Positions 33,698 to 43,982 are shown, numbered from the stretch's first letter. The stretch: 64,000 nt of DNA from Candidatus Poribacteria bacterium (GCA_963663765.2 CAXXUA010000003.1:384001-448000), one strand, 5' to 3'. The notes: generated by a model not told the origin, from the letters alone. Made by a program: numbers and translations.

Positions 33698-34087
33698 TGT
33701 TAATCAGAAAAGGCTGGACGGGTAACTCAGTAATTTTCAGTAATTATGGGGTTACACGTCTAGCCTTTTTTGTTATCATGATTTTATGTTTTGATATTTT
33801 GCCAAAAATTAGAACAAACTTTATGTTACCCTTTTTTATTCTGCGTTAAATTAGTAAAATTTCTAAAAAAGCACATATCTTTTGTAATCTTAAAGTGGGC
33901 TAATCGTTTTTATAGGTAAAATCATTTCATTTATTCGTGTTTTATTATATTTTTCAAAATAGATGTCGACATGAATGACACCTATTTGAAAATTCAAACG
34001 TTATTATATGTAAGTAACAGAAAAGCAAGCAGACTGCGCTAACGATCTGCTTGCCTTGACGTTCTTTTTTAAAGGAGGTGAACTTAT

Positions 34088-34204
34088 ATGTTTGCCCAAG
34101 TGGGCCTGTATGTTCGGATTGATATCCATCCCCGCTTTTACTTGGCTGTGCGAGCGGTGGTTGGGTTCTTCCGAAAAGTCATCGGGACATTAATGTTGCA
34201 TTGA
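34088..34204 (+). CDS. 38-aa small protein, type I toxin-like
   Basis: AAAGGAGGTG RBS; MFAQVGLYVRIDIHPRFYLAVRAVVGFFRKVIGTLMLH; flanked by hairpins. Confidence 0.5.
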   Translation: MFAQVGLYVRIDIHPRFYLAVRAVVGFFRKVIGTLMLH

Positions 34205-34512
34205 CGTTCCCGATCGTAAATTTCACCTTAAAGGTTAAGGCACTGCAACTAAAATACTATTGGGACATGCCCCATGTTGGACATGGACCATGCAGTTAAG
34301 GTGCCTTAACTGACACACATGAAAACGTCTAAAAATCCGAATAGATACAATATTATTACAAGAAATAAAGAATGTTTTACAAGAAATCTGGTGTATATTT
34401 TACTGTATCGTTAATCCGCTTGCAAGTGATTTAATGTCGTCTCTACCTAACTAATCTGACACTGCTTAACGGTTCGGTATAAACACTTACTTTTAGCTCG
34501 GAACTTTTACTA

Positions 34513-35028
34513 ATGGAGATACCAATGTTAATAGCTTCAATTACAACAGCCATTGCGACAGGGATTCTTGCTGTATTTACTGGATTTTACGTGTTTTTTA
34601 CATATAGATTGATGAAGGAAACAAGGCGAATGGTAGATGAAATGACCAGACCGGATGTAGCTATCTATTTCAAAAATGAAAAACCTGAAAAAACACAAAG
34701 TATCTATTTTAAGATCTGTTTCTGTATAAAGAATGTTGGGACACATACTGTCCGTAAAGTAAGATTTGAAGGCGATCTTGCTTTTAAACCTCAAGATAAA
34801 GCCATTGGGGATATTCGATGGGTTAAAAATGGTATAGAAGTACTTCTACCATCGGAAATGCATTCCGACAGTATTTATGTAGCAACTATTCCGAAACAAC
34901 ATAGCGAGTTTTATGATATTAGTGACTCAAAAGCAAATATTAAGGTAATATATGAAGATATTTTTAGGGGAAAACAATGCTTTGATCAACAACTTAATTT
35001 ACATGAAATAGATGTGTACAAACAATAA
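34513..35028 (+). CDS. Hypothetical membrane-anchored protein
   Basis: N-terminal TM helix followed by a beta-rich domain. Confidence 0.7.
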   Translation: MEIPMLIASITTAIATGILAVFTGFYVFFTYRLMKETRRMVDEMTRPDVAIYFKNEKPEKTQSIYFKICFCIKNVGTHTVRKVRFEGDLAFKPQDKAIGDIRWVKNGIEVLLPSEMHSDSIYVATIPKQHSEFYDISDSKANIKVIYEDIFRGKQCFDQQLNLHEIDVYKQ

Positions 35029-35056
35029 CCGAACAACTTTACGAAGGAGATTTATT

Positions 35057-35392
35057 ATGTATCCGATAAGACCAAACTTCAATCCGTATAGGACAAGGTA
35101 TTGTACATTCAGTGGTATAATAAATACCTATGTCCAGACTGTGGACGGTAGAATACTCAATCTAAATAACTTTGCTGGCATTAGTATTGAACAGAGTAAC
35201 TTAATGGTTGTTCTGAAGCACCCCTTGCCAGAGTCCGTATTTCCGCTTATCAAATGTATTATTTCAAGTTACAAAAATAGCACGGATGCAAATAATGCCT
35301 ACTACTCTCTTTGTGCAGCTATCCAAAGAGGTTATCCGTTTTGGAATGTAAATTGGCTAAACCAATATATACCGTATAAGATGATTTTTTGA
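35057..35392 (+). CDS. Hypothetical protein
   Basis: AAGGAG RBS before the ATG at 35057. Confidence 0.55.
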   Translation: MYPIRPNFNPYRTRYCTFSGIINTYVQTVDGRILNLNNFAGISIEQSNLMVVLKHPLPESVFPLIKCIISSYKNSTDANNAYYSLCAAIQRGYPFWNVNWLNQYIPYKMIF

Positions 35393-35486
35393 GACATCCG
35401 ACGTTGATTTGCTACTTGCTATAATTTATAGGGTAACTCATGTTTTATGAAACTATAGGAAGAAACGGAAAACTGTTATATATGAT

Positions 35487-35831
35487 TTGGAAATCATCCA
35501 GCATGTTGTAATAGAAACCGATAACCCTGGGAATGACGAAATACCTGATTATAAGGGAATACAACTTGATGATGCTGACCTTGCAAACAAAATCTGTAAT
35601 GAATATAGAATCTCACCAAGTAAACTAATTTGGATTAAGTATTTTCCTGAGCAAAAAGAAAATGATACAGAAAGCTTTAATCTAATCATATTCAACATTG
35701 AAGATCGAGTATTAAGGAGTTTCCCTCGTTGGATAGGTATCAGTCGAGAAGTTGCTGAAGCTTTTAAAAAACAGGCAAAGGAATTAGAGTTAAACTTAGC
35801 ATTAATGGATAAAAAAGAGGCTGAGGTATAG
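35487..35831 (+). CDS. Hypothetical protein
   Basis: 114-aa ORF. Confidence 0.55.
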   Translation: MEIIQHVVIETDNPGNDEIPDYKGIQLDDADLANKICNEYRISPSKLIWIKYFPEQKENDTESFNLIIFNIEDRVLRSFPRWIGISREVAEAFKKQAKELELNLALMDKKEAEV

Positions 35832-36101
35832 AACTTAATGCAAAACACCGGTGTCTTTGAGTTTTTGTTTTAGCTGTTCTTGGGTGCCGCTGCCTTTGGT
35901 GGAATTACACGCGCCACAGAGTAGTTGCAGATTATCTATCCCATTTATATCCCCAAACAATCTCATTCCGAAAGTTATGTGTTCCGAATACACTACCCAT
36001 TACTAATTTCAAGTAGTGACTTGCGGTTGGATCGCAATGTAGGTAAATGCTGCCGGTGGGTTTTAGGATGCGGCGCATTTCCAGCATACGTATTCCCTTC
36101 A

Positions 36102-36487
36102 TTATGAGGTGTTTCGAGCAGATGATGCCCCAGCATACAAATTGCCATCTTCAACAACCCTTCTCGCTTCAAGCCAATATATGCCAACTTCTTCTGGCCA
36201 GTGTTCAGGAGATCGTTCTGTCCGTCTTGCCTGAGGTATAACGATTGAGTTGTGGATATTCCCATACTCACTGGCAGACCAAAATACCAAGACATATCCT
36301 GCACAATTCCCACACATAAGTGTATCAAAATTTAGTTTCTTTGCTGAATTCGGTTTTTCTTTTCTTCATGATGTGCAGTTTCAAAGATACCATTCTCCAT
36401 ACAGAAAGGACAAGTGATATTGAACGTAGACAAACTACTTCCCGTATAGCCTGATTCACCAAATCGCCACAAACTATGATTCTTCAT
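36102..36487 (-). pseudogene. DUF4145-like protein N-terminus (Zn ribbon), frameshifted and truncated
   Basis: AGGAG RBS; CPFC...CGNC; PEHWPEEVGIYWLEA; one A missing in the A-run near 36355. Confidence 0.55.
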
Positions 36488-36496
36488 ATAAATCTC

Positions 36497-37207
36497 CTAT
36501 TTTATATTTAGTATTGTCAACTTCTCGGCTAAGACTCTCAGGTTTATAGATTTTTGTTGTATAAAACTGTCCCAAGAATTATAGCATCGAATAGATGCTT
36601 TTTCAGGTTTTGGAGCGTCTTCAGTGTCTATCAATTTCAAAGTTAAGTCTTCCATTGTTCTTTGTATTTTCTGTGCAGTAGGGTAGTCTGGGGAGGCAGG
36701 AATTTTATGTGCATCAATAAAACCTCGACAGAGATTGTTAGGGTTGTTTTTAAGGTTAGTTTTCCAATGCCTCCTCTCGTGTATTTCTGTATCTGTTCCT
36801 CCAAAATTAACCCGTTGATGTTCAATGTCTGATGCCCAACGTTCAAAATCATCAGTTAACTTTGTAAATAAAGAACATGATACTATAAACAAGTCAAGAT
36901 CCGAGTCAATATCGTGGAAAGGAGTGCCAATCTTACAAGGGACAAGAGATTTACCTAAATGTGCGCTTCCTACCAACCCTATTTCTTTTGGTTTCACTTC
37001 TAAGCGTTCTGTAATCCAACAACGAAGTGAATCATATATTGCTGGACACTTTAAAAAAACAGACGGTATTCCTTCAGATAGCCATAGTCTTGCAATTGCA
37101 TCTTGGGCATCTTTACCACCTTCAAGGGCTACTTCTAGTAACAACTTTGGATCAGGATAGTGTTCACTCAATTTTCGGAGTGGTGCTACTATTTCAAAAG
37201 GTTTCAT
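36497..37207 (-). CDS. Pol-beta-superfamily nucleotidyltransferase-like protein
   Basis: IGLVGSAHLGKSL...DSDLDLFIVS (hG[GS]...DxD). Confidence 0.75.
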   Translation of the reverse strand: MKPFEIVAPLRKLSEHYPDPKLLLEVALEGGKDAQDAIARLWLSEGIPSVFLKCPAIYDSLRCWITERLEVKPKEIGLVGSAHLGKSLVPCKIGTPFHDIDSDLDLFIVSCSLFTKLTDDFERWASDIEHQRVNFGGTDTEIHERRHWKTNLKNNPNNLCRGFIDAHKIPASPDYPTAQKIQRTMEDLTLKLIDTEDAPKPEKASIRCYNSWDSFIQQKSINLRVLAEKLTILNIK

Positions 37208-37805
37208 TATGAGATTCCTGACAACGTGTTAGACTTTTACTCATATTATCGTATAGTCTTATTAGATGACGAGCTCTACGTAGGATTTTCGCATAGTGTT
37301 CAGTACTACATTCTCGAGGTTCTGGATATTTTATTCGGGCTACAAGTTTAGCAGCTTCAAACACGTTTATAGATTTTGGATCAATGTCCAATTTTGTACA
37401 AGCCTGCTGAAAATTGTTCATCCTCCAACCATAGTAAGCGACCCATAAGTAAAGTATTGGCAATCGATCTCGCGAAACATATCGCGTTATACGGATAGCA
37501 AAATAAATTTCAATAATTTTTCGACTCAACGTCTGTTCATTACGACCTGTGACTGCTCTGACTAATTGCATGGCAATTGTTGAACCGCCTTGTCTTATTC
37601 CGCAGATGGATGTTTTCCAGAATGCTCTACAAAGAGCAAATAGGTCAACGCCAGGGTGTTGATAAAAGCGATGGTCTTCACCAGCAATAAGGAGTTTACA
37701 CATTTGGTGTGTTGGAATGGGCAAATCAGTTTGAGCGATTTCTAACTCCAGTTTTTTGATTGATTTATACAAGTGTTCCCATTGGGCTTTAATTGGTACT
37801 CGCAT
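37194..37805 (-). CDS. Stand-alone GT51 transglycosylase-domain protein lacking a membrane anchor
   Basis: EDHRFYQHPGVD, QGGSTIAMQLVR, RKIIE, EAAKLVARIKYP; no hydrophobic N-terminus. Confidence 0.85.
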   Translation of the reverse strand: MRVPIKAQWEHLYKSIKKLELEIAQTDLPIPTHQMCKLLIAGEDHRFYQHPGVDLFALCRAFWKTSICGIRQGGSTIAMQLVRAVTGRNEQTLSRKIIEIYFAIRITRYVSRDRLPILYLWVAYYGWRMNNFQQACTKLDIDPKSINVFEAAKLVARIKYPEPRECSTEHYAKILRRARHLIRLYDNMSKSLTRCQESHNETF

Positions 37806-38277
37806 TAGGCTAATCCATATACAATTATTCTAAGATCGTAATAGAGCTTAAGTTTATATTGTCCCGTTAACTTCCAAAGTTTTACCTCTCATGATCTTGC
37901 GACTTTCAGACACTTGTACAAAGTAAATAATCCACGTTTTAGGTGTTGTATCTGGTAATTCCATTGATACCTCCACATAAAATTATGTTAACAATAATTA
38001 CGAAGTATAGCATGAACCGTGAAGAATTACGATGAAATAATTAACATTCCGCACACCCACATATTCGCACATGTGCAGCAACGCACAAACGCATATAGGC
38101 ATGTCCGCATATGTGCGTATCCGCACATATTGAGATGCATTTGGATTGTCAACCTCCAATTGTTTATGCCGTATTATTGTACCGAGATATAAAAACACGC
38201 CTCATATTTATTAATTTCTTTACAAGATCCACAAGTTAAGTTATATTATTGACTATTGAATATAATATCAACACATA

Positions 38278-39073
38278 ATGAGGGGACGAATGCAACAACA
38301 GCCATTACTTGATTTCGGCACACACAGAACAACTAATCCTAAACTACAGTCCGTATTAGATTATATAGACGAAAAATCCACTTCATCCGCAAGAAAAGGC
38401 ATACTTTTTGAGCGTTTAATGCGACAGTATTTCCTTACAGACCCAGTCTATAAGGATCAATTCACTGAAGTATATCTTTACAAAGAGTGGGCATCCTTAG
38501 ACTCATCACGTAATCCACGAGATTTGGGCATTGACTTGGTTGCAGTAAAACTGGATGACACCTTCTGTGCAATTCAGTGCAAATGCTACGCACCCACAAC
38601 TCGCATATCGAACCCCGATATTGACTCATTTATAGCAGAGTCAAGCCGCTCGCATTTTACAGCACGAATCATCGTTGATACCGGTGGCAGTTGGGGCGAA
38701 AACGCTAAGGCAGCTATAAGAGGCATAGAACCTTTTCTGGGAAGAACAACCAGAACATTTCGTATTAGGAACAAAAACAATGAAATTCGCTGATGAGCGT
38801 AAGACAGTGCTTATTCTCAATGAACATGTCGGCGTATCTGGCATCCCAGAGGCAGCACACTAATACGTTGTCAATGGCAGGACACCTCTTGAATGGTTTA
38901 TTGATAGATACAAGGTAAAACAAGATAGAGAGAGCGGAATTGTCAACGATCCCAATGGGTGGTTTGAAAATCCACGCGATATTATCACAGCAATAGAACG
39001 CATTATCCATGTGAGCGTTGAATCAACAAAAATTATTGAAAGTCTCCCTCAAATAGAATGGGAAAACACATAG
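38278..39073 (+). pseudogene. Type ISP restriction-modification enzyme, internally deleted
   Basis: N-terminal Mrr-like KG..FE...DLGIDLVA...AIQCKCY joined out of frame to C-terminal GIPEAAH*YVVNGRTPLEWFIDRY...SGIVNDPN...VSVES..IIESLP. Confidence 0.8.
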
Positions 39074-39107
39074 CCAAATTAAGTAATTTAAATAAAATGA
39101 GGTAAAT

Positions 39108-39485
39108 ATGAATATCGAAACTGTGGAAACTTTGTTATCAACGAACAATCAAGACATCTATGGTGCAAGGGGATGGCGAGCTATGGTTGAAGTCGCTATT
39201 ATAGACTTTTTAGCAAACAATCCTTCAAGTTCAATAGAATTCAGAACACGGGATATACACACTAATTATGGTAATTGGTTACAAGAAATATTCCCAGATA
39301 ATACAACAATAGAAGCAACTACGAATGCTACTTTAAGCGATTTGGTTGATGTCCATAAGCAAATAGAGAGGATAGAGACTGGCAGATACAAACTTGTCGT
39401 AGGTGAACGTTTATATATACGAGTGGAACTTCAAAAAAGTAAGCGGAAACTACAGGCAATAAATGATATACTGTCAAGTCCATAG
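39108..39485 (+). CDS. Winged-helix protein, DpnI-C/Dam-replacing-like
   Basis: F.TRDI....LQEIFPDNTTIEAT....LSDL....IERIETGRYKL pattern. Confidence 0.5.
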   Translation: MNIETVETLLSTNNQDIYGARGWRAMVEVAIIDFLANNPSSSIEFRTRDIHTNYGNWLQEIFPDNTTIEATTNATLSDLVDVHKQIERIETGRYKLVVGERLYIRVELQKSKRKLQAINDILSSP

Positions 39486-39531
39486 GTTTGAATTAACACA
39501 GGTTATGTTAACTCACCAGCCGCCTTATTCC

Positions 39532-40522
39532 TTTCTCCGATCATGCAAATCTTTGTGACAATATTCACACAGAGCCACGAGTTCAAAGAGCGGTTCATTT
39601 CCAATATGGTGATAGCGTTTGTGATGGACAACTTCCGCACGCGATCCGCAGATGCAGAGGTAGTCATCTCGTTTGAGAACCTCTTTCCGTTCTTTTTCCA
39701 CTCTGCGGATTGGATATAAAGCGGATAGTATTTGTTCCAGTCCTTTGATATTAAGCCTGCCCAGTCTATTGTTTCTGCCATTATTTGATAATAAATGTCA
39801 CTTCATAAGGTTCAGGGGCAGAACCTTGAACAAAAAAATGAATATGTTCGCTTGTTTCCATATATCTTTTCTATGTTAAAAGGTGGGTACAACCAGTAAA
39901 TAGCATAATTATTATGATCATCAATATTATTGCTATTAACCCGAATAATGACACAAGATTCCAATTGCCGCGTAGTTTAGCCCCTCTGGTTAGAAATGCA
40001 AACACGACAAAACAGATCATCAAAATTGTCTTCATATATACGACTCGTTCTTTAAATTATTCTGATATTTCTCAAGAATATATCAGGACAAATGCAAAGT
40101 ACGCCTGAAATATAATTATAATTGAACACGATTGTGACGAAGTATAACATGAACCGTGAAGAATTACGATAAAGTATTAACAATCCCCACACATGCGTCC
40201 ACGCATATACGCACATCTGAACATGTGCAGCAACGCACAAACGCATGTCCGCATATGTGCGTATCCGCACATATCGAGATGTCCGATGAAAACAATAGCA
40301 CTTCTCTCGAGAAAAGGTGGAACAGGTAAAACGACACTTGCTATACATATACCAGTCGCAGCAGAAAAGGCAGGACATACCGCAGCCTTGTCAGATGAAA
40401 ACGCTCATCGGCTGGACAGACGGATATGGAAATAATGAAAAAGCGTATGGTCTGGGGGATCGTAAAAAAATAGACATGACCATAGAACTCGCGGATGGCA
40501 AGATACATTTTACAGCCACATC
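39532..40522. repeat. ~1-kb duplication, copy 2 (frameshifted HNH + parA remnant)
   Basis: Near-identical to 32529-33518. Confidence 0.95.
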
Positions 40523-40701
40523 GGCAAACATCACATGGCAAGAATTGCAAGGTATGAATAGCAGACACTATGCATTGCTGAGCGCGCTTGCCGTAAACTT
40601 TTAGATGTCGAGTGGGTAACACGCCAAACAAAGACAGGTGGTGGGTTTCCTGCCACCTATTATCTTTTTAATCTGAAATAATTGAGAAAATTGCCTTTTG
40701 G

Positions 40702-41085
40702 TTATGGCGGAGGGAGCATTAACATTTCCGTTTTCTTCTGTTCTGTTTGCAGCATTTCCAACAACTGTTGGCATTCGGTCACCATTTCTTTCTCGCGTGA
40801 CTTTGCATCTTCCAGTTGTTCCTTTAGGAGTTCCACCTGTTCCTCCAGGACTGCAATAACCGCCCCGTTTTCAGTGTTCCCATTTGTTCCCACTTCGTGG
40901 TTCGGGGAATTCCCATCTTCTCTCAACTGATAAACACGTTGGAGTTCTGCTATGTCTATAACCTTTTTTCCGCGTTCGTCTTTTTCAAAAGAGATTGTGC
41001 CGTTGTCCATATCTCTGTAGATGCCAGACTGCGAAACTTCAAACATTTCTACGGCTTTGGAGACTCGTAATTTTGACATTTCCAC
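40702..41085 (-). CDS. Plasmid-type HTH/coiled-coil protein (entry exclusion 1-like)
   Basis: Intact paralog of 28812-29184. Confidence 0.65.
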   Translation of the reverse strand: MEMSKLRVSKAVEMFEVSQSGIYRDMDNGTISFEKDERGKKVIDIAELQRVYQLREDGNSPNHEVGTNGNTENGAVIAVLEEQVELLKEQLEDAKSREKEMVTECQQLLEMLQTEQKKTEMLMLPPP

Positions 41086-41170
41086 TTTCTCCCAACCCCC
41101 AATTGGTAATTGTCAGCGGAGTGGTGACAAAAAGATTTGGGAAAGAATTTGATAAGGTGCGATCAATTAT

Positions 41171-41476
41171 TTACTCTGGTCGTCGATCTATTTCAATCTC
41201 AACCCATGATTCCCAACCATAAATTTTGACAAACTCGTTAGTTTGATCTATCATTGTTTTTATGGTGTCTTCTATTATATCTGTTTCAACGTCTTTAGGA
41301 TACCTAACGAATAACACAAGTGTCTTTCCATCATTCTTTGGTATATAAAGCCTATTTATATCCATATTTTTTGTAATGGGAAGATCCACATACTGCATGT
41401 GTGAATTTAATAAAAGTGCTAACCATTCTAACCGAGATGGGATGTAATCTTCAAAGCCTGGTGATCTTTCCGACAT
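41171..41476 (-). CDS. Hypothetical protein
   Basis: AGGAG RBS; 101 aa. Confidence 0.65.
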   Translation of the reverse strand: MSERSPGFEDYIPSRLEWLALLLNSHMQYVDLPITKNMDINRLYIPKNDGKTLVLFVRYPKDVETDIIEDTIKTMIDQTNEFVKIYGWESWVEIEIDRRPE

Positions 41477-41495
41477 TGTAACTCTCCTGCATCTA

Positions 41496-41812
41496 TTATT
41501 TAGAAATTATATTCACAATTAAGGTGACAATTACACCAAGAATGCCAATGCCACAAGCTATAATGTGATTCGTCATTGTCCGCAAAGTGTTTCTTATTTC
41601 CTTAATGTCATCTTTCAGATCTGTTTTAGCTTCTCTAATGTATTTCTCTAAGTCTGTTTTGAGTTGTGTAATATCACCTTTAATATCTGTTTTACTTCAG
41701 TAATTCGTTTTTCAACGCGCGACTCAATCTTAACTAACTCTGTGTCCGATTGTTCTTTAGATTCCTGATACCTTTTTAAGTATTCAAGTATCTCGTCTTT
41801 AGATTCTGCCAT
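41496..41812 (-). pseudogene. Coiled-coil protein with C-terminal TM helix, frameshifted
   Basis: MAESKDE...RITEV / KTDIKGDITQLKTDL...IIACGIGILGVIVTLIV; one A missing near 41690. Confidence 0.5.
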
Positions 41813-41970
41813 TACCTGCTCCTCATCTGGAAGTTGAACTTATATTATACTTACAATACCTTCGCCATTTTTGAGTGTTTCAGTTGAATGAGTATATAGT
41901 GTTGTTCTACCATTGCTTTGTGATATTGTTAGGATTACATAAATAAAAATAACTTCAGGTTTTCGTTGAA

Positions 41971-43690
41971 CCTACACTCCGCAGTTATGGATCTGGAAAA
42001 TAGACATTTTTTACTTCTATGCCTAAAATGTTGATGATTTGTGTGTGTATTTCATTTAAATTTAATATAGACCTTTGTATATGTTCGTTTTGTTCTATCA
42101 ATAATACATCAACGCCTTCAAACATTTGAAAAATACGCCTGAGTGTTGGTTTTTGCGTGGGTTTACCAACTTGGTTAGGTATTGTTTGTTCTTGTTTTTT
42201 TAGCTCTTGCCGAACCCATCGTTCGGCAAGAGCGTATACAAGTAAAGAAAGTCCCATCACCATCAGTAATGCCATAATCCGCTGGGGTTTTTCAAGATAT
42301 AGACTATCGGCAAAGAATAAGGGGTCTTTCAAAAACCGAAAACCGCGTTCTACAGACACGTTCTGTGCTTTATATGCTTCAAGGATAGTCGCATCGTCAA
42401 ATAAAGTTGTATCCAGTTCATTGGTAGCTAAGACAAATCGGCCTTTGCTGCGTTTGAGTTTTTCAATCGTTTCTATATCATCAATAACTTCACCTTCAAC
42501 CCGATAACGAAAATGTGTCGGTTTATCTGTCTTTTTGGGGCGTCCCGATGTAGTGTAATGTGGAACAGAAATAATGGAGAAACGAAGTTTATGATATTTC
42601 CATGACTTGGCAAGGACTGTTGCCGCAGCTGCCGCAGCTGTATCGGTCTCATACGTTTTATTTTGTAAACGATTGAGTGATGTTTGTGCAGTTGTCTGTG
42701 CTTTGTCAATCTTTTTTACTAAAGTTGCCACTTCACGATGATACGCAGTTTGTGAATAAACAACTAACCACCTTTGTGGAACATCCGCATAGGTGCTATC
42801 TACTGATAGATAACTATATCCATCAAGAGATGCTGGCTGCATATCTTCAGTCGAAATAGTTTGGTAGAGTTCTTTGACAGCTTTGAGTGTTTCCGGCACA
42901 CGCGTAATAAAACGCACATCACGCAGCTTCGCAATGTTTTGTGCTGTATAAAGCGCACTATCCGCTACAAAATAAGGTGCATCACTGCCACGCAGTTGAG
43001 ACAAATATTCTCGGATCGTGTTGGGAAAACTTGTTTTATCAGACTGATTTCCATCAAGTGCTTTGAACCATACAGGGAACTGAGACCGATAAGAACAGAG
43101 AAGTTGAACTACCACTTGTTTGAGATCCGGACGCTGATCGCGACTATACCCGTGGGTAATGTGAATAGCGTGTTCATCAACTGTTTCGGTATCATAGTTC
43201 CCCTGAAAACTAAACGTGGTGCTATCCAGATGAACAAAACGATGGTCAATCTCATAAGTTGATAATGCTTTAGAAGCAACTGTTGCAAAAAGTTCGGTAA
43301 CACCATTTTCATAAAGTGTATCTAAAGCACGCCCAAGACAATCGTCCGTGAAATCGGCAGCACAGAGATGAGGGCGTATCAATAGATCCACCGGTTTATT
43401 TGAAAAAAACTCAGGTGTCAAGTAGAGTGGGCGTGAGACAAAGCCTAAAGCATTCAAGATCATAGCAACAACAGATTCACCCACTGAAACTTTCCGTTTC
43501 GTTGGGGAAATAAAAGTATCAATAGTGTTTATCAAGTCAATACGATCACATACACCAGCTACTATGCCGAGGTGATCTAAACGTTGTGTTGTAAAAGTAG
43601 ATTGAGTGATGATGTTATACTCCTTATATAAAGATATAAAGAGTATAACATAAATACTTAAAATCCGATTAAACAACTGCGGAGTGTAGG
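41971..43690 (-). mobile_element. IS1634-family insertion sequence
   Basis: TIRs cctacactccgcagtt / aactgcggagtgtagg; 6-bp TSD gttgaa. Confidence 0.92.
41985..43676 (-). CDS. IS1634-family DDE transposase
   Basis: LDHLGIVAG, HLDSTT, GYSRDQRPDLKQ, VADSALY, VERGFRFLKDP; true start probably near 43610 after AAGGAG. Confidence 0.92.
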   Translation of the reverse strand: MFNRILSIYVILFISLYKEYNIITQSTFTTQRLDHLGIVAGVCDRIDLINTIDTFISPTKRKVSVGESVVAMILNALGFVSRPLYLTPEFFSNKPVDLLIRPHLCAADFTDDCLGRALDTLYENGVTELFATVASKALSTYEIDHRFVHLDSTTFSFQGNYDTETVDEHAIHITHGYSRDQRPDLKQVVVQLLCSYRSQFPVWFKALDGNQSDKTSFPNTIREYLSQLRGSDAPYFVADSALYTAQNIAKLRDVRFITRVPETLKAVKELYQTISTEDMQPASLDGYSYLSVDSTYADVPQRWLVVYSQTAYHREVATLVKKIDKAQTTAQTSLNRLQNKTYETDTAAAAAATVLAKSWKYHKLRFSIISVPHYTTSGRPKKTDKPTHFRYRVEGEVIDDIETIEKLKRSKGRFVLATNELDTTLFDDATILEAYKAQNVSVERGFRFLKDPLFFADSLYLEKPQRIMALLMVMGLSLLVYALAERWVRQELKKQEQTIPNQVGKPTQKPTLRRIFQMFEGVDVLLIEQNEHIQRSILNLNEIHTQIINILGIEVKNVYFPDP

Positions 43691-43772
43691 GTTGAAGTAT
43701 TTTTATTTATCATAGTGTCTAATTTGACAATAGAAATGACTATATCAGCAATCTGACAGAATAATTTATATG

Positions 43773-43982
43773 CACAATCTGGCAGAATGTGCTACAACTA
43801 CCCGCACAATCTGGCAGAATGTGCTACAACTACCCGCACAATCTGGAAGAATGTGCTACAACTACCCACACAATCTGGAAGAATGTGCTACAACTACCCG
43901 CACAATCTGGAAGAATGTGCTACAACTACCCGCACAATCTGGAAGAATGTGCTACAACTACCCACACAATCTGGAAGAATGT
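43773..43982 (+). repeat. ~6.5 x 32-bp tandem repeat cacaatctgg(a/c)agaatgtgctacaactaccc(g/a)
   Basis: Units start at 43773, 43805, 43837, 43869, 43901, 43933 and 43965. Confidence 0.95.

Noticed and set aside
37854-37964. 36-aa ORF with GGAGG RBS upstream of the GT51 gene
   Set aside because: Too short to assign; possibly a gene fragment, so not counted as a third component without homolog support
32529-40522. DGR template/variable repeat pair
   Set aside because: No reverse transcriptase in the window, the duplication is ~1 kb, and the few differences are not evidently adenine-specific
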